A stretch of 38,062 nt of DNA, from the NCBI GenBank assembly GCA_963514005.1, contig CAUPSL010000362.1, positions 1 through 38,062 of the forward strand, given 5' to 3'. The stretch's first letter is position 1. Each line of letters starts with the position of its first letter. Below, piece by piece: positions 22,536-32,172 of the stretch. The position numbers and the translations under genes were made by a program. This DNA comes from Raja brachyura. Lineage: Eukaryota. The notes beneath the pieces were generated by a model, which worked only from the letters and a program-made list of their open reading frames with translations, did not search any database and was not told where the DNA came from.

Positions 22536-22958
22536 GTACGAGAGGACACTTGAAATCCATCCCCCGGAAGTCCCCCTCGAAAATGTGGCATCTACGCCTG
22601 ATGAGGTCACTGATCTCGATCTCAGTGGGACTTCCATGGCAAATAGGCCGGTCGAATTTGCCTCCTGCGGCCAGGGTTCTAGATCTTTGGCACGGCCGTA
22701 GCCAGCAGGACCATTGCCATAGCCGAATTCTGAGGGCGACTTTGCAGGGCCCATATCCCGGCACCACAGCGGCCTAGGCGGACTGTTCCAGTACCGTTTT
22801 CCTCCTCTCGGAGGCCGTGGTCTCGGCTGCTCTGGCAAAACGGTTAATCCAGAAAGGGTGCCGGAAAATTGGCGGTGGTCCGGTAAAGAAGCCACACCGT
22901 ATGCTTGCCTTTGTCGGTCGGGGCATTAAGTATGTTGTGAATGTAAGGTGAAGATATA

Positions 22959-23917
22959 CAGGTCCATCATCAATTTCCAGAACCCTTGGTTCCACAGCCT
23001 TTCCAGATTATCAGCTGTGCTGGTCCAGCATAGGTCACGGCCTCTGAGAGGAGTCCAACTACCGGAATGGTCCACTTTGGCCGTCGAGGAGCCGAGATCG
23101 GCCGCGGAAGTCGGCTATGGGAACGAATCTGCTGGAGTTCCAGAGCACCGGCCGCTGGGAGCATATTCGACCCAACAATCGGCCGTGGAAGTCAGGATGA
23201 GTTCGAGATCAGCCGCCTCACCCATAGAAACATAGACAATAGCTGCAGGAGGAGGCCATTCAGCCCTTCATTGTGATCATGACTGATCATTCGCAATCAG
23301 TAACCCGTGCCTGCCTTCTCCCCATATCCCTTGATTCTGCTAGCCCCTAGAGCTCTATCTAACTATCTTTTAAATGAATCCAGTGAATTGGCCCCCACGG
23401 CCTTCTGTGGCAGAGATTTCCACAAATCAACAACTCACTGTGTGTGAAACCTTTTTTCCTCACCTCAGTCTGAAATGGCCTCCCCTTTCTTCTGAGACTG
23501 TTGGCCCTGGTTCTGGACTCCCCGAACATTGGGAAAATCTTTCCTGCATCTAGCTTGTCCGGTCCTTTTATAGTTTTATGTGTTTCTATAAGATCCCCTC
23601 TCATCCTTCTAAACCCCAGTGACTACAAGCATACTTACCAATCTTTCCTCATATGACAGTCCCGCCATCCCAGGGAATAAACTCGTGAACATATGCTGCA
23701 TTCCCTCAATAACAAGGATGCCCTTCCTCAAATTAGGAGACCAAAACTGCACACAATACTGCAGATGTGGTCTCACCAGGGCCTTGTACAACCCGGCCTG
23801 CGCTACATTTCAGGGGGGGGGGAATTCCTGGGGATGTTTCAAGTGTGGTCTTGTAATTTTGTCCGGATTTAAAGGGGTGCCGGGCAACCAGTTGTTGAAA
23901 AATTGGTGGTGGTCCTG
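22959..23917 (-). mobile_element. Tc1/mariner (Tigger-like) MITE, interrupted by a CR1 3' end (23224-23790)
   Basis: TA|caggtccatcatcaattt ... aaattggtggtggtcctg|TA imperfect terminal inverted repeats with TA flanks; no ORF. Confidence 0.7.
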
Positions 23918-23958
23918 TACCATAACTAAAAGTCCATTCTTCGAAACCTACTATTAAA

Positions 23959-23993
23959 TCAGTTTCCCAGCTTCCATTGTCTGAATTTTAGCT
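23959..23993 (-). pseudogene. Truncated relic of the TRBC TM exon (5' third) in intron 2
   Basis: ctctgttttcttaacag|A GCT AAA ATT CAG ACA ATG GAA GCT GGG AAA CTG A. The last 25 nt are identical to TM exon B; there is a 1-nt deletion after the acceptor and similarity stops after KL. Confidence 0.85.
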
Positions 23994-24365
23994 CTGTTAA
24001 GAAAACAGAGATATGCTCAATACCTTGACTGATGATGAAGAGCAAATTAGAAATAAGAATATAAATTGGGAGATTATGTTACAGTTGTACAAGCCATTAG
24101 TGAGGACAGATTTGCAGTATTATGTTCAGTTTTGGTCATCCTGTTATGGGAAACATGTTGTTCCTTGAAAGTAGCATCACAGGTAGATAGGGATGTCAAG
24201 AAAGCTTTTGGCACATTGGACTTCATCCGTCAAAGTATTGAATATTGAAGTTGAGAGGTAATGTTACAGTTATATAAGATGTTGGTGAGGCCGCATTTGG
24301 AGTATTGTATTCAGCTTTATAATACACTAGAAATTGTGCAGAGAAGATTTACGAGGAGCGCAGGA

Positions 24366-25070
24366 GGACAATAGACAATAGACAATAGGTGCAAGAGTAG
24401 GCTATTTGGCCCTTCGAGCCAGCACCGCCATTTAATGTGATCATGGCTGATCATCCCCAATCAGTACCACCTTCCTGCCTTCACCCCATATCCCCTGACT
24501 CAGCTATTTTTAAGAGCCCTATCTAGGTCTCTTTAAATCATCCAGAGAACCTGCCTCCACCGCCCTCTGAGGCAGTGAATTCCACAGACTCACCACTTTC
24601 TGTGAGAATAAGTGTTTCCTCATCTCCGTTCTAAATGGCTTACTCCTTATTCTTAAACTGTGGCCCCTGGTGCTGGACTCCCCCAACATCGGGAACATGT
24701 TTCCTGCCTCTAACGTGTCCAAGCCCTTAACAATCTTATATGTTTCAATGAGATGCCCTCTAATCCTTCTAAACTCCAGAGTGTACAAGCCCAGCTGCTC
24801 CATTCTCTCAGCATATGACAGTCCCGCCATCCCGGGAATTAACCTTGTAAACTTACACTGCACTCCCTCAATAGCAAGAATGTCCTTCCTCAAATGAGGG
24901 GACCAAAACTGCACACAATACTCCAGGTGTGGTCTCACTAGGGCGCTGTACAACTGTAGAAGGACCTCTTGGCACCTGTATTTGATTCCTCTTGTTATAA
25001 AGGCCAACATGCCATTCGCTTTCTTCACTGCCTGCTGTACCTGCATGCTTATACCTGCTGTACCTGCATG
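24366..25070 (-). mobile_element. CR1 3' end with (tattgtc)n tail
   Basis: ORF 24519-25085: VKKANGML, LVRPHLEYCVQFWSP, LEFRRIRGHLIETYKI. Confidence 0.88.
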
Positions 25071-25309
25071 CAGTAAGAGGATCATCTCCTAGAGGGGAAT
25101 GGGACATAGACACATAAATCTGGAGTAACTCAGCGGAACAAACAGCATCTCTGAAGAGAAGGAATGGGTAATGTTTCCGGTTGAGAAACGTCACCTATTC
25201 CTTTGCTCCAGAGATGCTGCCTGACCCGCTGAGTTACTCCAGCTTTTTGTGTCTATATTTGGTTTAAAATAGCATCTGCAGTTCGAGGGGAAATCCCCTT
25301 ACACATGAG

Positions 25310-25880
25310 GGGAATAGATCAGGTGATCGAGAACCAAAGGACATAGGTTATATAACAGCTGTGCAAGACATATATAGGTAAGGCCACATTTGGAGTATTG
25401 CGTTCAGTTTTGGTCAGCCTATTTATGAGAAAAGTGTTGTTAAGCTGGAAAGGATGCAGCAAAGATCTACAAGGATGTTGCCAGGAGTCGAAGCCTGATT
25501 TTATTCCTTGGAGTGCAGGAGGATGAAGGATGATCTTATGGAGATGTACAAAATCGCGAGAGGAAGAGATCTGGTAAAAGCAGAGTCTCTTGCCCAGACC
25601 AGGCGGATCAAGAACCAGAGGACATCGGTTTAAGGTGAGGTGGGGGGACAGATTTAATAGAAATCTGAGGGGTAACATTCCACACGGGGGCTGGTGGGTA
25701 CCTGGAAAGATCTGCCAGGGGAGGTAGTTGAGGCAGGTACTATCACAACGTTTAAGAAACTGTTAGACAGGTACATGGATAGGAATGGTTTAGAGGGATT
25801 AGGGCCAATCGTGGGCAGGGGGGCGTAATATACATGGGGCAAGTTAGGCGGAAGTGCATTTTGCATTCTATATGACTCTT
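25310..25880 (+). mobile_element. Old CR1 3' fragment
   Basis: Decayed aggccacatttggagtattgcgttcagttttggtc...agaaccagaggacat...ttagacaggtacatggatagg. Confidence 0.72.
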
Positions 25881-25968
25881 GTGATATTCACAAGTTTTAA
25901 CACTGACACACAAAGGGTAAACAGTATTTAAATAATAACGGGATCCTTATTTATGTAAGGCCACTCAC

Positions 25969-25989
25969 CTTTATTTAGGCCGCAAGTCT
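25969..25989 (-). CDS. TRBC: TRBC exon 2 (connecting peptide/hinge, ETCGLNK)
   Basis: tttcttcttacag|AG ACT TGC GGC CTA AAT AAA G|gtgagt; 21 bp, phase 1/1. Joins exon 1 to the TM exon in frame and supplies the interchain Cys-Gly. Confidence 0.93.
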
Positions 25990-26117
25990 CTGTAAGAAGA
26001 AATATGAAAAATTTGGTCAGTAGTATATAAATTACATATTTAAGGCATAAAAAATTACAGAGAGTTGTGGATGTATCCCAATCCATCACACAGATCAGAC
26101 TCCCACCAGCCGGGAAA

Positions 26118-26570
26118 AGGGTGGCACAGTAGAGCTGCCGCCGTGCAACGTCAGAGGCCCGGCTTCGATTTGCCTATGGGTGCTGTCTGCACGTAGTTTG
26201 CAAGTTCTCCCTGTGACGCCGGTCGTCCGGTTTCCTCCCATATTCCAAAGATGTGCGGGTCTGTATGTAAATTGGATCCTAAACAATTGTCCCTAGTGTG
26301 GAATAGAACTTGCGAATGTTGGTTGACGTGGACTCAGTGGACCGCAGGGGTTGTTTCCCCGCTGTATCATTAAACTAAACTAAACTAAACTAAACTAAAC
26401 TAAACTAAACTAAACTAAGCTTGTGTACAGGAGATCGTTAGTCGGCGTGGAGCCGATGTGCCGAAGGAGCTTGTTTCCATGCTGTATCACTAAACTAAAC
26501 TAAACTAGCATATAGGTGAGGTGATTGTTGGTCAGCGTGGGCCTGTTTCCAAGCTGTATCTCTAAATTAC
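26118..26570 (+). mobile_element. HE1-type SINE with (taaac)n tail and reiterated 3' end
   Basis: tRNA-like head (gtggcacagtagagctg...ggcttcgatt), V-SINE-like core (gtttgcaagttctccctgtgac...ccggtttcctccca), and three gctgtatc..taaa(ctaaa)n tails. Confidence 0.8.
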
Positions 26571-27284
26571 TACTGAGTTTCAATAAGGTCTACCCTCATC
26601 CAGGGAGTACAGGCCCAATGCTGTCAAACACTCTTAAATTGTGATCCCTTGTTCTGGACTTCCCCAACATCGGGAACAATCTTCCTGCATCTCACCTGTC
26701 CAACCGCTTAAGAATTTCTATAAGATCCCACCTCAATCTTCTAAATTGTAGCGAGTACAAGCCGAGCCTATCCAGTCTTTCTTCATATGAAAGTCCTGCC
26801 ATCCCAGGAAACAGTCTGGTTAACCGTCTGAAACATACGTTAACCCAATCATTTCCTGGATCATTCTCATAAACCACTTTTGTTTTGTTTTGTATGTTAG
26901 TCATCATCTGCAGTTATAGTGTCATAGAGTCACAATCGTGGAATCAAGCCCTTTGGAGCAACTTGACCACGCCGACCAACATGCCCCATTTATACTAGAC
27001 CCACCTGCCTACATTTGGCCTGTATCCTTGTAAGTCTTTCCTATCCATGGACGTGTCCAATGTCTCTAAGATGGTATGATAATACTTGCCTCAACTACCT
27101 CCTCTGGCAGCTCGTTTCATATCCCCGTCACCTTCTGTGCAAAAAACGTTACCCCTCAGGTTCATATTATATATTTCCTTCATTTCACCTTAAACCTACA
27201 GTATGTCCTCTGGTTCCCGATTCCCCTACACTGGGTAAAAGGCTCAGTGCATTCACCCGATCTATTCCTCTCATGGTCTTATAC

Positions 27285-27520
27285 ACAGATAGTGGTGGGT
27301 CTCTGGAACTCTCTGCCACAGAGGGTAGCTGAGGCCAGTTAATTGGCTATATTTAAGAGGGAGTTAGATGTGGCCCTTGTGGCTAAGGGGATCAGAGGGT
27401 ATGGAGAGAAGGCAGGTACGGGATACTGAGTTGGATGATCAGCCATGATCATATTGAATGGCGGTGCAGGCTCGAAGGGCCGAATGGCCTACTCCTGCAC
27501 CTAATTTCTATGTTTCTATT
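27285..27520 (+). mobile_element. Young CR1 3' end nested in an older antisense CR1 (about 26920-27630)
   Basis: Near-exact reverse complement of 9484-9705; tttctatgtttcta tail. Confidence 0.85.
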
Positions 27521-28499
27521 GTTCTGCCTCTATACAATCACCCTTCATCCTCCTGCACTCCAAAGAATAAAGTCCTAGCCTACACAAACTCTCCCTACAT
27601 CTCAGGCTTTCGAGTCCTGGAAAAACCATCATAAGGATCATAAGAATAGAACATCATGAGAGGCATAGATCGGGTAGATGTTTGGAGTCTTTTGCCCAGA
27701 ATCGAGAACCAGAGGACATAGGTTTAAGGTGAAGGAGAAAATATGTAATAGGAAACTGAGGGGTAATTTTTTTCATACAAGGGATGGTGGGTATATGGAA
27801 CGAGCTGTCAGAAGAGGTAGTTGAGGTATATACTATTGCAAAGTTGAAGATACATTTAGACAGGTACATGTATAGGACAGGCTTAGAGGGATATGGGCCG
27901 AATGCACGCAGGTGCGACTAGTGTAGTTTGGACATGTTGGCTGGTGTGTTAAAGTATGGGTGAAGGGCCTATTTCCACTACGATTGTCTACTATTCAGTA
28001 AGTTTCAATGAAATTCCATAAATTAATGTTCATACGTTATAGGAGCACAATTAGGACATTCGGCCCATCAAGACTACTCTGCCATTCTATCATGGCTCTT
28101 CTATTTTTCCCTGTTGACCCCATTCTTCTCCCTTCTCCCCATAACCTTTGACACTCTTACTAAGCAAGAATCCACCAATCTTTGCCTTTAAAATATCTAT
28201 TGATTTGCACTTCATAGCCTTCTGTGGAAATGAATTGCACAGATTCACCACCCTTTGTCCACAGAAATTCCTCCTCATCTCCTTTCTAAAGTTACGTCCT
28301 TTTATTGTGAAGCTCTGGACTATGGTCATCGACTCTCCCACTAATGGAAGCTACCACTCCACATCCACCCTATCCAGGTAACAACTTGTTCTTCTCAACT
28401 CCAGTGAGAACAGGCCCAGAAGCCGTAAATTCCCCTGTACGTTAACCCAATCATCCCAGGGGTCATTCTCATACACCACTTTTAGTTACATAAATACAC

Positions 28500-28851
28500 A
28501 GAAGAGAGGTGCATGAGTAGGCTATTCGGCCCTTCAAGGCAACAGCGGCATTCAATGTGATCTTGGCTGATCATCCACAATCAGTACCCAGTTCCTGCCT
28601 TCTCCCCATACCCCTTGATTCCGCCAGCCGTAAGAGCTCTATCTAACTGTTTTTGGGTTCATTGAATCGGCCTCCACTGTGTTCTGAGGTAGTGAATTCC
28701 ACAAATTCGCAATTCTCTGTGTGAAAAGCTTTTTCCTCATCTCAGTTCGAACTGGCCAACCCCTTATTCTTAAACTGTGACCCCTGGTTCTGAACTCCCC
28801 CAACAGCAGGAACATGTTTCCTACATCTAGCGTGTCCAATCCATTAATACA
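28500..28851 (-). mobile_element. CR1 3' part; host of the DIRS insertion
   Basis: CR1 3' UTR and ORF2 end; the sequence continues at 33636. Confidence 0.85.
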
Positions 28852-29044
28852 TTTTACTTCGGAGTCACGTGAGTGAATACGTGAAGACCCCGCCAGCACG
28901 CATGCGCGACATATCGTCGTTCGCATGCGGAAGCGACAGTCGGGAGGAGCGGGGCTCCTCCAGCGTAAGTTTAAAAAACTTACGAAAGGTAAGTCTCACC
29001 GGAGGGGTGAGCGTGGCGACTTTACATACACTTGTTTTTCAGGA

Positions 29045-30235
29045 ATGGAGTCGCGGAAATCGAAAAGAGCAGCGGCAAGAGCTGCTGCCATGGAGAGCAG
29101 CCAGCAGCGTGCCGCTTCTCCTGAGCTGCAAGTGTTACCTGCAGCTCCCGACTTTTTGCCTATGAGGGCCGCAGGTTCGCCGCGGTCGGGCGGGGCTGCC
29201 GACTCAGCTGGGTCCAGTCCCGAGGACACCCCGCTCGCTGATAGCGACGGGGGTCGTCTTGCCCGCATGGAGCGGATGGTGGAGCAATTGCTCCAGCGTG
29301 ACCTGCTTTTGCAGGGGCAGGGTCACGGTGGGCCTCTTCGCAGGCCCACGGCAGGATCCTATCATGGACTGCCTAATGTCTCGCCCTCTTCGCAGGGGAG
29401 CATTGGGGGTCAGAACTGGGCTGACCCTGAAGAGGGGGAGTTGGCTGAACAACCAACAGTGTCAGGGGTGCAAGAAGAAGAGTTATTGGATATGGTAAAC
29501 AAGCATGCAGTTCCTTCTCAAAAAGGCCTACCTATCCACCCAAAGCTGGCAGCTAGTATCAATTATATGACTACAAACCAGCTTCAGGAGCAAGCCATCA
29601 ATGCAACAGCTGATAAGTATCTTGCTCCTGAAAATTGTAACTCACTGACTGTTCCTGCGGTGAATAACCCTATATGGAGGAACATGAGCCCTACGATTAG
29701 AGGGCAAGAAGTCAAACTTCAGAAGATCCTGAAACTTTTGACCGGCGGGATTACGGCAGTGGCCAGAACTGCGGTGGGAATAGAGTTACCGGAAGAACTA
29801 CAGGATGCTCTGGCCTTGCTGTGTAACACACAGTACGAGATGAATAACTACAGGAAGAGCACTATCAAACCGACACTTAACCCCAAGTTTGCGGGGTTAT
29901 GCAGACCAGGTAACACTCAACCACCAAATCTGCTGTTTGGGGATAACCTCCCCAAACAGGTGAAAGACCTGGACGAGGAGGCCAAGGCCATAGGCCTGAT
30001 TAAGGTACCCAGTACCTCCAAACCTCACTACCAACAGCGGCAGCACCCCTACACACCCACCGGACAGCGATATCACAACAGATCGTCCGGTGGTGAAAGC
30101 TCGAAGGCCGGCCCACCTGCACAACGGTCTTTTTTAGGCCATGGCCCAGCCCGGCCTTCTTGGAAAATGCGCCACCCCTACAACGCAGCAACTCAACAGA
30201 AGAAACAAGGGCAAAGACCGCAACACGGGCAATAA
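29045..30235 (+). CDS. DIRS ORF1, Gag-like protein
   Basis: Uninterrupted ORF (an upstream in-frame ATG exists at 28925); contains YLAPENC...VPAVNNPIW, DALALL and LLFGDNL segments; first ORF of the element. Confidence 0.85.
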   Translation: MESRKSKRAAARAAAMESSQQRAASPELQVLPAAPDFLPMRAAGSPRSGGAADSAGSSPEDTPLADSDGGRLARMERMVEQLLQRDLLLQGQGHGGPLRRPTAGSYHGLPNVSPSSQGSIGGQNWADPEEGELAEQPTVSGVQEEELLDMVNKHAVPSQKGLPIHPKLAASINYMTTNQLQEQAINATADKYLAPENCNSLTVPAVNNPIWRNMSPTIRGQEVKLQKILKLLTGGITAVARTAVGIELPEELQDALALLCNTQYEMNNYRKSTIKPTLNPKFAGLCRPGNTQPPNLLFGDNLPKQVKDLDEEAKAIGLIKVPSTSKPHYQQRQHPYTPTGQRYHNRSSGGESSKAGPPAQRSFLGHGPARPSWKMRHPYNAATQQKKQGQRPQHGQ

Positions 30236-32172
30236 CCTTGGAGGTAGGTGGGTCTGGCTCCCACAGGAACATTGCTTGTCTAAATTCATCTTATGTGGGA
30301 GGCCGGTTGCACTTGTTTGATGAAGTATGGCGCACTTTTATCTCTGATCCTGACATACTCGGAAGTATTCAGGGCTATAAAATTGAATTCATTTACGAAC
30401 TCCCTACCCCGGTCCAGCATTCGCCTAGCCGAAAGTTTATACTTTCACAAAAAGAAAGAACGGCGGGCCATGCTGAACTATTAAGACTAATTAGTAAAGG
30501 GGTACTTGAGAGAACCACCAGAGAATCTCAGGAGTTCGTATCTAATATATTTACCAAAAATAAAAAAGATGGCGGATGCCGCATAATCATAGATCTGACC
30601 GAACTGAACACTTCTGTTCAGTATGTTCATTTCAAAATGGACACTTTTGACACAGCTAGACAGCTAATAGCTAATGGGTACTACATGGCATGCATTGACC
30701 TCAAAGATGCATACTATTCAGTGCCAATACACAAGGATCATAGGAAATACCTTAAATTTATCTGGATGGGACAATTATGGCAATATAAAGCCTTACCCAA
30801 TGGGTTATCATCAGCACCCAGGCTGTTCACCAAATTATTGAAACCAGCTTTGGCCTATTTAAGGAAACAAAACCATACTGTTATGGCCTACCTTGATGAT
30901 ATCCTCATTGTCCGGGAGAATTTGGAAACGGCTACATTGGCAGTTCTAGCCACAAAACATATCTTTCAAAAGGTGGGGTTCATCATACATCCAGATAAAT
31001 CAAAGTTGGAACCCTCTACTACCATGGATTACTTGGGGTTCACCATTGACTCGGTGCAAATGTCTATCACCTTACCACCGAACAAGGTGGTGGACTTGAT
31101 AGAAGCTTGCAGGAGCCTTACTGACATCAGGGATCCATCCATACGGCAGGTGGCCAGGGTAATTGGGAAGATAGCGGCTGCTTTTCCCGCAGCGCAATTC
31201 GGACCACTACATTATCAAAACCTACAGAGAGCTAAAATTATAGCTCTCAAAAGTCATGCAGGCCATTTCGACAGGCCTATGAAGTTATCAGACAAGGCAA
31301 GAATTGAATTAAATTGGTGGATGGAAAAGGCTCAATTCTGTTCCAAACCCATCACTATCATAAATCCCTCGGTCATCTTACAAACTGATGCCAGTGCCAA
31401 AGGTTGGGGAGCAACTAATACCACCACTAGTTGTGGAGGCAGATGGAGTTCACAAGAGCTAACCCTATTCGAAACATTGGGAATTAATTATTCAGAAATG
31501 CTGGGAGCATTTCATGGCCTTAGGGCATATTGCTCAGACATGCACCAAGTACATGTTAGATTACAAATTGACAACACCACAGTGGTGGCTTATATAAATC
31601 ATATGGGTGGAATAAAGTCGATATCATGTGATGAATTGGCTAATAATATCTGGCACTGGTGTCTGCAAAGGGAAATTTGGATTTCAGCCACTTACCTTCC
31701 AGGTAAGCTAAACACAGTGGCAGACACCAGGTCACGCAAATTCAACGACAACATAGAATGGATGTTGGATCGGAAAGTGTTCACAGATATTGTAGAACGT
31801 TATGGGACACCAGATATCGACCTTTTTGCATCCAGATTAAATCACCAACTACCAACATATGTTGCTTGGGAACCAGACCCAGGGGCAGTAGCAATGGACG
31901 CTTTCACGCTACATTGGGGGGATTTGTTGTGTTATGCCTTTCCCCCCTTCTGCCTCATCAGTCGGGTCTTGCAAAAAATCAGACAAGACTCCGCATCGGG
32001 TATTTTGGTTGTGCCCGACTGGCCTACCCAACCATGGTTCCCAGCGGTACAGAAGATGCCCACAGAACCTTGTATTCGGGTCAACAAACGACCTAGCCTA
32101 TTAATACATCCCGTCACAGGGGAACACCATCCATGTCATGACCGCAAGGACCTGTTGATTTGCAGACTCTGA
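30130..32172 (+). CDS. DIRS ORF2, reverse transcriptase + RNase H + DAM-methyltransferase-like domain
   Basis: VGGRL, KKDGGCRIIIDL, IDLKDAYYSVPI, LPNGLSSAPRLFTK and YLDD (RT); TDASAKGWGA, DNTTVVAYIN and ADTRSR (RNase H); DLFASRLN and YAFPPF (MT-like). No stops. No ATG precedes the RT core, so the start is placed at the putative slippery site. Confidence 0.93.
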   Translation, partial: FFRPWPSPAFLENAPPLQRSNSTEETRAKTATRAITLEVGGSGSHRNIACLNSSYVGGRLHLFDEVWRTFISDPDILGSIQGYKIEFIYELPTPVQHSPSRKFILSQKERTAGHAELLRLISKGVLERTTRESQEFVSNIFTKNKKDGGCRIIIDLTELNTSVQYVHFKMDTFDTARQLIANGYYMACIDLKDAYYSVPIHKDHRKYLKFIWMGQLWQYKALPNGLSSAPRLFTKLLKPALAYLRKQNHTVMAYLDDILIVRENLETATLAVLATKHIFQKVGFIIHPDKSKLEPSTTMDYLGFTIDSVQMSITLPPNKVVDLIEACRSLTDIRDPSIRQVARVIGKIAAAFPAAQFGPLHYQNLQRAKIIALKSHAGHFDRPMKLSDKARIELNWWMEKAQFCSKPITIINPSVILQTDASAKGWGATNTTTSCGGRWSSQELTLFETLGINYSEMLGAFHGLRAYCSDMHQVHVRLQIDNTTVVAYINHMGGIKSISCDELANNIWHWCLQREIWISATYLPGKLNTVADTRSRKFNDNIEWMLDRKVFTDIVERYGTPDIDLFASRLNHQLPTYVAWEPDPGAVAMDAFTLHWGDLLCYAFPPFCLISRVLQKIRQDSASGILVVPDWPTQPWFPAVQKMPTEPCIRVNKRPSLLIHPVTGEHHPCHDRKDLLICRL

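Larger units (their letters stand above)
16807..22895. repeat. Segmental duplication copy B
   Basis: Direct-orientation paralog of 3325-9050; its left boundary is hidden by the N run. Confidence 0.93.

Noticed and set aside
26118-26175. tRNA-like head as a tRNA gene
   Set aside because: It is the degenerate 5' part of a SINE, continuous with the SINE core and tail.
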